Source: Podarcis muralis (Eukaryota). Taken from it: DNA of 64,000 bases. Both the position numbers and the translations under genes were made by a program. Each line of letters starts with the position of its first letter. Within the stretch, counting starts at the first letter, position 1. Below are positions 44,670 to 55,826 of the stretch, piece by piece. Location: NCBI RefSeq assembly GCF_964188315.1, contig NC_135656.1, forward strand, positions 42,532,001 to 42,596,000. The letters run 5' to 3'. The notes beneath the pieces were generated by a model that was not told the DNA's origin, did not search any database, and was given only the letters and a program-made list of their open reading frames with translations.

Positions 44670-47600
44670 CAGAACTACAGCAGTAAGCACCCCCTCGCCG
44701 GCTCAGTGCCACCCTCTCCCCCGCACAGCCTCACTCTCTCCACACAGGAGATCAAAATCCATATTTTAATAAACACAGGCGTCCAATCTGCTCCCTCCAT
44801 CGGATCCCCGTAATCTGCATAAAGATTATCCTGGATAATTGTCTCAAAAGAGCCAACACACACTTTGTTAGTGAGTGTGTGTGTGCTTATGTGTTCCCAT
44901 GTGTGTACATGCACATGTGTTGCACCACAAGGAAACTGAGGAAAGCACATGCCTTTCCTTCTCGCCACTACATTTGTTTTGATCTGGCGTCATCCAGGCT
45001 GCTAGCACAGTCCTTGTTTCCCTTGCCCTAATCAAGCCATGGTCCGACTTCTCGTGAGGTCCACTTTCAAGTCAGACATACTACACCTTTGAAATGATAC
45101 GACACTACTCATTTTGGGGCCTGGTAGCTGAGTCAGCTACAGGCCTTAGTGCTTGGCCAGCCACTGTGAATTCTGGCTCAAGCTGCCTCACAGCCCTCTG
45201 GGGTGATGTGGGAGGTAAGACTTGGCTCAGTCAAGAATGCACTGCTACACATATGTGTGAACACTTTTCCTAGAGATATAAAAGGCCATTGCCGAGTCCT
45301 GCACTAATAAATGCTTGGCACAATAGTGACAGGAAGAAAGTCACTGGCCTGTACTATGTAGGTAGCAATAAAGTGAAGTAATCTCTAATTTGTTACTTCA
45401 TTAACAGTTATCTGAGCATGGAATTTCCTTTCTTGCGCTCTTAGCTCACTCATACATTTAGCCCCACACATTAGAAATGAGGGAATTGTTCTGACAGTAT
45501 TCTGCCACACCCCTATAGAAGTAAAAGGGTAATAGGAAACAGCCAATGTTCTCTTAGGTAAGCAGGATCTTTCGATCCTGTCTTTATACTTTCCTTTCTC
45601 ATAGTGGGACACAGGGATAAAATTGAACCAGGTAGTAGATTTGGTGAGCACTGCTGCATGCCCTTATTTCTGGCCCATGGAATAAAAGCTGAACTATATG
45701 AGTTGTGGCCAAGAAGCTTTATGTTCTAGATGTGCTTGCTGCATGAAGCATATAAGTGGGAAGCCTTTTCTTGTATAGAAGTTAAAGTTGGAAGGTTGAT
45801 GGTGGATGGGGATTGTCAACAACTATCTGCAGCAGCTGTAAGGTTCTTAAGGGAAAAGGTGGGCTTTCGTAGCAAAGAAGTATATGGGGGAAAGGGCTGG
45901 GAAAGTTGTTAGTCATGAACTATTTACAGGTGAGGGTTGGTGGACAAAGCAGGTACACAGGCAGGCCCAGTCCACTGAGCCTAAATACATCTGCAGTATG
46001 AGGAAGAGCAGCTGAGTGTCAAAGGTTGACCTGGTCCAGCTGGTGCAGTTGGCCAGCTGTTGAGTTCAACAGGTGGCAAGTGGATCTTTTGAGACACAGG
46101 GATGCCAAGGGATTTGTACAGCTTTGCAAGAGCAACTGTGGCCCTAACTTCTGCCTCCAGATTAAAGCAGAGCCATATTGTTACTCTAGGCAACTTGCCC
46201 AGCAAATGTTGGCAGAAGGTCCGGAATAGGGTGCGCATGGCTAGTAAGGTAAGGAGAGTAGAAATTGACCCTGATGGTAAATGCCAACAAACAGGGTAGC
46301 CTGATGAAGGACAGAGGAGAGACTTGGGGGACAGGTCATGTCACTCACTCACTGAATGAGGCATCTTGGTATTCTTGGTGCTGGTGTAGCGGGTGCTGGC
46401 ATCATAGTCACCAAGAAAGACACTAGGCAAGGCTTGGTACTGGCGGCCAGGCATGGACAGAGCCCTGAGAGAGCACAGGAAGAACTTCCGTGGACGCTTA
46501 ACACTTCCAAGACTCTTCTTCTTCATCACCTACAAAAATGTCCATGTCAAAGCATCAGATGGCAAAATGTATGAGGGATATGCTGGTTTCCTTACCCTCT
46601 GCCCTCCTCCCCATACTTGCCAGTTTCTTTCCAAACCGATGGGCTTTCTCAGCCATTTGGATTCCCTGGTGATTGTCACACAGGTGGCCAGGAATGGGCT
46701 TCTCAAGGCTTATGCTTTATGCTCCCCAAAAGGCCACTGAGACCAATTGTAAGCATTTTCTCAAAATATATCCCAAGTTCAGCAGTAACCTCTCATATGA
46801 AAAACTCCCTACCTGGGCAGACATGTTCCCACTTTGATGATACGATGTTGCAGTGATGGTCTGGGATGCGATATGCTGAGAGAGAAACATAATTAGACAA
46901 CGTAGGCAGCAAGACAGGCCTCAATGAAACCGTTGCTCTATCTCAGGACAAGAGCCTCCTGGACAGTCTGGGTCATCCCCATGGAGCTTGCTGAATTTTT
47001 TGTTTAGAAATATATAGTGTTACTTCAGATCAGTATAGCCCTATAGATCTTGATGTTTCATTTCAGAACATCATAACTGTATATACATTAACTGAATAGT
47101 TATCAGGGACAGGGCCTTTTCTGTGGTGGCATCTGTGAAAACACTTGCACAATCTTTTCACAGCATCCTGTGTTTGACATATCCTCTCTAGGACTTTGCT
47201 GGCTTTGAGAAAAACCATTTAAAAAATCCAGTGAGCTTTTGGGTGATTTTATGGCACTGCATTTTAATAACAAGTTTATCTTCTGGTGTTGTTTTTAATG
47301 TTACTTAATGTTGTTGTCGCTTCATCTTATTGTTTAATATATTTCTAATACCTTCTGCTGTTGTTTTGTTGTCACCCTGGGAGGGTGAACACCCAGGGGT
47401 TGCCAACTTTTTTGAACTTCAGGACACATTTATAATTTTGATAAAGGGATGTGGGTGGCAGTTGCAAAATAGCTGCCCTGCAGCATGTGGCATATCACAA
47501 AGTGGCTATTGTTGGGCATGACACATCACAAAATGTCTGTCACATCTAAAAGAGCAGGAGAAGAGACACAACCAAAAAATGGTGCAGAGAAGACTAATTA

Positions 47601-48185
47601 AAAATGTTTGTAACATGGGTATGTAAACAGCCAAGCATATTCCAGAAACCTCCTTCGCCACCAAAAAAAGTGAGTTTGTACTGAATTACCTAGACACTAG
47701 GGAGACTGAAGTACTTTGGCATGGTTTTTATACTTGATGTTCAAGTATAAAAGCACTGTCAAATCACAGATCACATTTGTCGCAATGGACTGAAATCAGA
47801 GATCCAGCGCATCCCATGCCACAGATTTGTCAATTCTTGTTATTTTCTCATCTGCTCCAAACCACAATCAAATCTGAGTCCACACCTACAAATTTCATAT
47901 ATCTATAGGTTTTTTCTTGGGGGGGGGGTGTCCTTGTAAAAATCACGAAAATCCATATGGTTCCACACCACAGATTTGGGTTGGCACTAAAGAGCAATGT
48001 ACTGTATCTGTAATTTTTATTTTTTTATAGTTCATTGAGACAGATGTGTTCTGTGCCTGATGCTGCTTTGGGGCATATCTTGTGTAAAGATCATGCTTGT
48101 GAAAGAGAAGTTTTCATGTGAAGCTATACTGCATGAATAGATTTCAGGTAAGTTCAGGGCAGAGGGGGCACAGGGCTGCCTTCAT

Positions 48186-48188
<3 letters not shown>

Positions 48189-48238
<50 letters not shown>
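48189..48238. repeat. (AC)n microsatellite
   Basis: Direct reading. Confidence 0.95.
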
Positions 48239-48241
<3 letters not shown>

Positions 48242-48320
48242 GGTCAACTGGTAAAAATGAAGGAGAAATCCTGAAGCCAGTAACATACCACTTTCACAGG
48301 GAAGAAGGGCAAACCAATGG

Positions 48321-48510
48321 GGAAGGGCCATAGCTCAATGAAAGGCATCTACTTTGAGTGCAGAAGGTCTTGGGTTCATTCTCTGGCATCTCCAGGTAAA
48401 GGATGGGAATGTCCTCAGTGCGAAACCACAGCCAAACAGCAAAGTAGACAATACTGGGCCAAATATACCTATGGCTGGAGCCGGTACAAGGCAACTTCTA
48501 ACAGTCCTAA
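48321..48510 (+). mobile_element. Old tRNA-Ala-like SINE (squamate Squam3-like family)
   Basis: GAAGGGCCATAGCTCA...GCAGAAGGTC...GGCATCTCCAGG...GTAGACAATACTG...AAGGCAACTT. Related copies at about 7415-7600 (-), 50497-50675 (-) and 61905-62094 (+). Confidence 0.7.
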
Positions 48511-51295
48511 GTGAGGCATGCCCCAGAGATTCCAGCAACCCTTTGAAAGAAAAAGTGACCATTGGGGGGCAAGCAAGCACTCAGGCTATGTGGAGGCAAG
48601 CCAGTGGGTGGGAATCCACCCTGCCATCTCCAGCACCCCCTTTCTAAAATGTGAACAAACAACTGTCCACTCTGGAACAGGAGAAGCAGCTTCTGTGAAG
48701 GCAGCCAAGCGAAGGGGGTCGCCCCTCTCCCCTGGCACTGCCTCAAGTGTAAACAAAGAACTAAACCCTCTTCTTCAGGTTTTTTTTTTTAAGTCCCTTC
48801 AGCCAGGCCCAAAACAACACTTTGGGCAAGTGCTCAGTACTGCAGCTGCTGCCATGTGGCCCATGGGCCTCACAAGTTCTGACATTGTCCCCTCAAACCT
48901 CTATGTACCACGGTCACCATGGCTTGCTCACCAAAGCCTAGTGGTGCCTCTTCTCCAAGTGAAGTCTCTGTTGCATCGAGAAAAGAGGGGAGGCATCCAA
49001 TCACAGCCACGACCCATTATTCCCAGCATCCAATCAAAACTGAGTATTGCAAATGGGCATGCTCAGGCCCACTCTAGGCTTAGCCAAAGAGACATACGCC
49101 AAAGAGAATTGATGTAGGCACTGCAGTAGGGCTTGGTGGGGGCACTGGTGCCCATGGGCGGGGCATTGGTAAACCAGGGCTGCATAAGAGTGGGATTTTT
49201 AAAGTATGTTGAATGAAATATAAATTTAAATATACCACAGCTCTGTAACATCTTATATTTTCAAAACATTGAGCTGGCACTGTGTAAAAAAAAAAAAGGT
49301 GTTTATGTACTCACCCACCTTAAGCTAGGATTTGAAACCCACAGTCCCATCTGTTTTGAGCAGAGGAGACATCAAAAGAAGCTTTCTCTGTGAACAAGTG
49401 CAGTGGTAGCTCATGTAGGTGCTCTCCCCCACCCCCAACTGATGAGGCAGCTGGTAAAGTTGGGGAGATGCCTGCACCATTCTTTTACTTTTACTGCTCT
49501 TTTGGATGTGGCAGCCATTTTGCATTACGCCACAGCTATTTTGCGACTGGCACCCATTGCATTTTCTCAATATTCCAAATGTGCTCATTGGTCCCAAAAG
49601 GTTGGCCAGTTATATCCCAGGGAGTAGCTAAACCCCAGGTCCAATCCAGAACATTCTGTGATGTCAAAATTCTCCCGGTAATTTAAATTCCTACAGGGAA
49701 TTGATCCATTAGATCTTGGATCACTTAACCAGCTAATGAAATATTTTTTCAGGATCTTACCTGGTTGAAAATGGATGCATGCACAGGAACTGTCTAGAAA
49801 ACAAATCAAAACACCACACAATCTGCATTTATTTATGAAAATGTTTATACTGTATTCTACATTTTTGTCTTTGCAAAAGACTCAAGTGGCTAACAAAATC
49901 CAGCCAGATGAGCGGGGTATAAAAAATTTATCATAATCATCATCTTAGTAAAAAGTTTAACTCTCTTTTCTGTCTATATAAATACTCTTAGTCAAAAGTA
50001 TATCATATTAGTCAAGATACACCCCTGAACACATTTTTCATGGCTGTATTGTGTAAGAAGTCAATGTAAAAAAATTGTTCTTTACTGATAGCTTTCTAAC
50101 ATCTTCTAAATGCAGTAATAGTGCTGTCCAAGAATCTTTTTATGTTGTGTTTGAGAAAACATAGCTATTATTATAATCACTCCTGATAAGATTTTGCACT
50201 TTTAAGATAACTGAAACATATTTGTGTGAGCATGTAATTTTTGCATTATAAAGAACAGGTAATTGCTAGAGGAAGTTGGTGAGGAAAGCCTGCAAACAGA
50301 CAGCAGACATGTTTTTTACCTGTAGACGTGATACAGAACAGGTAAATATGAGAGGTAATGTGAAAAGAAGGGAAATCAAGAAACTGTACCTAGTAGCACC
50401 AAGCACCTAATGGTGCTAATGGAGCAAATATGTAAGTGTGACATCACATTTCCACCATCTCATCTGCAACCTTGACATCAGCACCATATTCATCTGTAGG
50501 AATTGAGGAAATTGCCTTATAGATGAGAAACTATTTGTCCATCTAGCCTGCATTACCCGTTCTGGCAGGGAGCAGCTTCCCAGCAGAGAAGCATCATTCA
50601 AATGGAGATGCCATTTGGGCCTTTGGCATGCAAAGCACATACTTTACCACTGACTGAGCTATAGTCCCTTCCCTTGAAAGATAAAGCATTTTCCTACAGA
50701 TACCTATAGTCTTTGCCATTTCCTTCCCTTTGGGTGTGTGATGTACTTTATAAGTGGGAAAAGGCACACCAGAACTAGTTTGCCTTCCTAAATCTGATGG
50801 AGAAATTCTAATGACTTCACATACACCCATCGCCTGCCCATTTGTTCTTCTCGCTTACCTGAGATGCTCCACTACTTGTAGACCGTCCTCTGCTATCTCC
50901 ATTTCCTTGCGCTATCAGATGCAGGGCGGATGGAGTTTCGTGGCCCCTGGAGCCTTGTTAGCACCAGCATCAGTGCATTTGCCAACTTAGCCAAAGCAAG
51001 TTTCTATGGCACCTGACTCCTCTAGGGAACAGTGGTAAGAAAAGAAAAGGAACAGATCGATATAGAGAGAAAAAACTGGTCTTCAATGGCCTTTAAAAGG
51101 AAGGTATGAAAGATAAAAAATTCCCCTATTGAAACAGAGAATAACTTGAGTTGGAAACTACTCTCGCACTGAAGGGGGGCGGTGTCAGCCAAAAAATGTG
51201 TGTGTGTGTGTTCAAGCGCAACATACTCAGCTTTAGAATGTCAGGAGAACACCTGCTTTAGGGTGACAGTAGCATTTGAGGGAGTGCAACCCCAA

Positions 51296-51511
51296 GTGCA
51301 AGTAGATAAATAGGTACCGCTCCAGCGGGAAGGTAAACGGCATTTCCGTGCGCTGCTCTGGTTCACCAGAAGCGGATTAGTCATGCTGGCCACATGACCT
51401 GGAAGCTGTCTGTGGACAAACGCCGGCTCCCTCGGCCTATAGAGCGAGATGAGCGCGCAACCCCAGAGTCGGTCACGACTGGACCTAATGGTCAGGGGTT
51501 CCTTTACCTTT
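51296..51511 (+). mobile_element. 5'-truncated Sauria-type SINE with 8-bp TSD
   Basis: Body matches the other copies, tail CCTTTACCTTT, TSD AACCCCAA (51288-51295, 51512-51519). Confidence 0.88.
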
Positions 51512-54229
51512 AACCCCAACACCGGGAAACTCAACTGGGATTATTTTTTTTAAGTGGGAGAGAACAGCAAGCTTGCCCTTAGCGGAGAAGCTGCAACGGC
51601 CCCAACAGCCACAATGCAGGTGCAAGTAAAATGGCTCCAAGTTGCTAGATCTATTTCTTCCCCACAGAATATTTGGTTTCTACTGAATGCATATGAAGCA
51701 AACAGATTTGCCTTCAGCACATCTCCCCCAACCGCCGAACACAGGATTTAGAACCATCAAAATACAGCAGTCAGGCATAGGCTAGCTTGTACTTTGGTTT
51801 TTCTTGCCGGCATTCAATAACTATGTGCCAGAGGAAACATTGTTTGCGTGACTATAGCATGTCGACTCAACAGTGGGTTCAAAAGTCCCTTGGGACTGTG
51901 GTGTGAGCAATCACAACAGACTAGTGAGCTAATTCAGAGTGGTGCAAGTGCTCCCTGACTGCTCCTTTCTTCATGGCCCAGTAGCTGCTTTTACCAATGA
52001 CAGCGGGCAAGACAGATCAAACCCAGAGTCCTGGTACTATAGGCAGGGTTCAGCACACCTGCTTTAGCAAACTGGACACAGATGCTCTGGATTCATTCAG
52101 ATGCCTGCTGTGATTGACAGGTGTTCACCTTATGCTAGCACAACAAAAGAGGGTAATACAAATATCATGTAACTATCACGTCAGCTTTTTCCCCCTAGCT
52201 GACACAGAGCAGATGGGGTTAGGAGTTATTTGGAGCCTGTCCAGTAATTAGGAAATGAGGTTTTATTTCAAGCAATGGAAAAACTCTGAAGCCACTTTTG
52301 AAACGGCTTTGGACAGCGGTTGCTTACAAGGTTTTAACCAGCATTAGGGCCCAGTTGTGTAACTGTAAAGCAGCAACTAGCTGTTGCCCGTCTCCAGGAG
52401 GAATAGACTACGTGGGCCATGGGAGATATGTAAGGTTTCAACCTAGTTGAGGATTGCTACAGAAATGCAACAAGAAAATGGAGGGAAGACCTCCATTTTC
52501 ACTGGGAGGCTCTTGAAGCTGTAGAAAGAAGCACGGAGCAAGATAGGGAGGAACTACCCCAAGGCAACACCTGCAGAATCAGGTTGGATTGCTATTTATC
52601 CACTTCTGGGCTGAAGATGGCTTTGCTGCCATGTTACCGCAGGGCACTTGTTACTGTCTGCATAAGCCACCACAGTAGCATGCAACTGTGTAACAAGATT
52701 CCTGCACAAATTACTGGGATAAAGTCTGCAAGGTGCTTTGAGCATGATGTAGGAGGCAACTTGTCACCCTTCAAATCCTATTAAGTCCTTAAAAAACGGA
52801 GAAGCTTGGTCCAAAGTTTCTGACTAACCATGCTTGGACCTGCAAAACTGAGAGCTGGCATATTTCCAGAGATAGGAATTCCTTTAGCCCCAGCAGGGAG
52901 GGACGCAAGGTGATTGCTCTGCTCACGCTCTGGAGACTGTTTCTGCAGCAGGAAGTTGCTAGTTGGGTTTGGAAGAATGAGCTCTAGTCGCTAAGCATTT
53001 CCTTATGCAGCCCTCTCCTCAAGACCAGGTCGAAACCCATCGAGGCACTAGCGATTCCTAAACAAACATTTGTACTAATTCATCACCCCAAATCCACTAC
53101 CCACCCACATGGCAGCTGCTGTACAGCAATTATCCAAATGGATATTAATTGCAGATGATAATTCCCAAGCAGGGATCAGGACTAAAAGCTCCATACACAG
53201 CAGATTGGGCTGGGGGTGTCCAAGGCAGATCTACGGCAGGACATCATGTAAACATCCCTTACTAGGCTATTGGGGTCTCGACCCCACTCAACACACAACT
53301 GGGAGGCAGCTGAAACCAGGCAATAAGCAACAGTTGGTTAGTTTGTATATCAAAAGAAGAGGAAGCCCAGCCCCAAAGATCAAGGAGGAACATGGAATCT
53401 CACAGGCATCAACAAATATCTATTCACACATTACAGAAACAGCAGCCCAAGTTTTAACACAGTAAGTGCACACACCGCGAGGTATTGCAGCCAATCCTGG
53501 CTTGCTGGTGATGTCGCAAACAGGATAAATATGTTTGAAACATTCATATCTAACATTTTAGTATACATAACAAAAAAACATGTGAAACAGGCCCCCCAAA
53601 AAAGAAAAGAAAAAACTGCCAACATTTTGCTCCCATGTTTTATAATTCAGTCAGGATGGCTCCACTCTTTATGTGGTAAATACAATTCCTGAATCTAGAG
53701 AAGTGGCACACAGATGTCTTCCTGCAACCACCCCATCAATGTAGGTAAAATACATATATCTTCAAATTCCTGTATGCAAATCTGGTTACAGACAATCATT
53801 TTTTTCATTCACACTTTGGATTTGACGCATAAACCACCACTGGTGCATTTGAAGAACTTGTGTTAGCTGCATAAATGTGAAGCTGCCCTCAAATGTCCTC
53901 TGGTGTTGGGTGTTTAAACGTCATCTCAGAGAGTCTTTCCACCTGCATCTATGATGCCATGAAATGGATTGGCTGGCACCACACTGGACCTTTTCAGAGG
54001 AGCCACCATAACATGGGATGGGGAAGTTGTTGCCCTCCAGATGTTGCTGTACAACTCCCATCATCCCTGACTATTGGTCATAAGACAAGAGGGCCTCAAA
54101 CTCCCTACTCTAGTGCTTTAGGAACAAGCAGAAGAAAGTATTGGGCTGGCACACTTGTGTCTCCTCTTCATGTAAGGTTACAATTAGATCAGAAGCATCA
54201 GTTAAAATGCTCTTAAAAACTAAGTAGAG

Positions 54230-54279
<50 letters not shown>
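54230..54279. repeat. (ATA)n microsatellite, probably an expanded LINE tail
   Basis: Direct reading; abuts an L2-type tail at about 54280-54390. Confidence 0.9.
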
Positions 54280-55031
54280 TTATTACTTATACCCCACCCA
54301 TCTGGCAGGACCTCCCTAGCCATTCTGGGAGGCTCCCAACAGAATATTAAAAACACGATTAACATCAAACATTAAAAACTTCCCTAAACATGTCTGAACT
54401 TGGGAAACTTCAATTAATTTAAACCCTGGGTGAGGAATCTGTGGTCCAAATATTGTTGGACTGCAACTCCCATTATCCCTGACCACTGGCCATGCTAGTT
54501 GGGGCTGATGGGAATCAAGTCAAACAACATCTAGAAGGTCACAGGGTCCTCACACTTAGTTTAAACACTGGTTTGCTCAAACAAGCCAGGATCAAATCAT
54601 TATTTTATGTCCCTGGCTTGTTTGAACAAACCAGAGTTTGAACTAACCAGCCCCCCCCCCCCCAAGTTCAAATGTAACAGGGAACTCTGGCTAGTTTAAA
54701 AGTGGAAGTTTTCTCCTTGTGGCTGCGCTAGAAGAGGAGACAGGAGGGAGGAGCAAATGTAACACTAAAGTTTTATGTCAAGTCCAAATTGGGCCTCCCT
54801 CATCTTACATGAGGAAGTAGGGTGAACAGAAGAGAGCAGGGCCACATAAACCTGTAACAAGATTTAAGGTTCCTAGCGAGAAACAAAAAATTCCTTAAAG
54901 GAAAAAAAGGAGCGAGCTGATCCACCATCAAGTGGGATACCACCCTGCCTGCTAACTTGGTTTTGTGCCACTACCAAAGTTTCACAGCTTGAGTCACAGA
55001 ACAAATTATGTAGACAACTTTAATTTTCACA

Positions 55032-55037
55032 TTTATT
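55032..55037 (-). terminator. Candidate STXBP2 polyadenylation signal
   Basis: Minus-strand AATAAA about 790 nt after the STXBP2 stop. Confidence 0.55.
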
Positions 55038-55826
55038 TATATACACTGGGATTCTTCAGCAGAGCTAAACAAGTCTCACAATGCAAGTAGTACACAGCAC
55101 CTCCCATACATTCATCTCCCCTGGTCTTTTAAAAATAGTAGTATCCCCCGTCTTATACTAAGCGTCAGCACAACCAGTAGGCCTGCAACACTGGGCAACC
55201 AGGAACAGCTACTGCTTCTACATGTTACATAGGATTGGGGGGTGAATGGTCTTGAATCCATTCAAACTTTTCCTCAAACCAACAACAACCAAAAATAAGT
55301 TATTTCAGTGAGCAATCTACCTTTGCCCTCCCAAAAAAAGAAAAAGAAAAAGAAGAATGAGAACCAAGATGGAGTCTAGACAAGGACATGTGTGTAGACA
55401 TCAAAGCAGCTCATTTCCTGGAAATCCCCCTTGAAGGAGTAAATAACTGCACTGATGAAGGGAGAAGTAGGAGATGCTTATCCATCAGATATACAGTTTA
55501 CACTTCCACTCCTTTTGGGGAAGGCTGGGCGGAGGTTGTGGGGAAAAGGGGAACAGAAAATAAAGTGCAACCAGAAAACTCATCACAGTGTTAAATAAAG
55601 GATTCACGTAACAGGTGGCTGGACCCTTGTCTTCGGCCTGGACACTAGACCAGGTCCTCCAATGTCATGCTCGTTCATGATAGCTGGCTGAAGGAGGGAC
55701 CAGTCTTAAAAGGACAGAAGCAAAGACAGGTATGTGCGTGAAAAGGCATCTCTTTAAGAATAAAGGTTTATCTGGGCAGATAAACAGAGCTGCTGTCAGA
55801 CAGTCTCTTAGGGGCGTGGGATGTTC

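Noticed and set aside
48518-49117. 199-aa plus-strand ORF (longest in the track)
   Set aside because: No recognisable motif, crosses a poly-T tract and lies antisense to candidate exon C. Likely chance, though not formally excluded.
52434-52784. 116-codon stop-free plus frame (GFNLVEDCYRNATRKWREDLHFHWEALEAVE...)
   Set aside because: Protein-like at first sight, but there is no early ATG, no convincing flanking exons and no family I recognise. A BLASTX search would settle it.
45000-55000. RETN, MCEMP1 or TRAPPC5 downstream of STXBP2
   Set aside because: No resistin Cys pattern or TRAPPC5-like peptide seen in the frames I read. A highly diverged gene could be missed.
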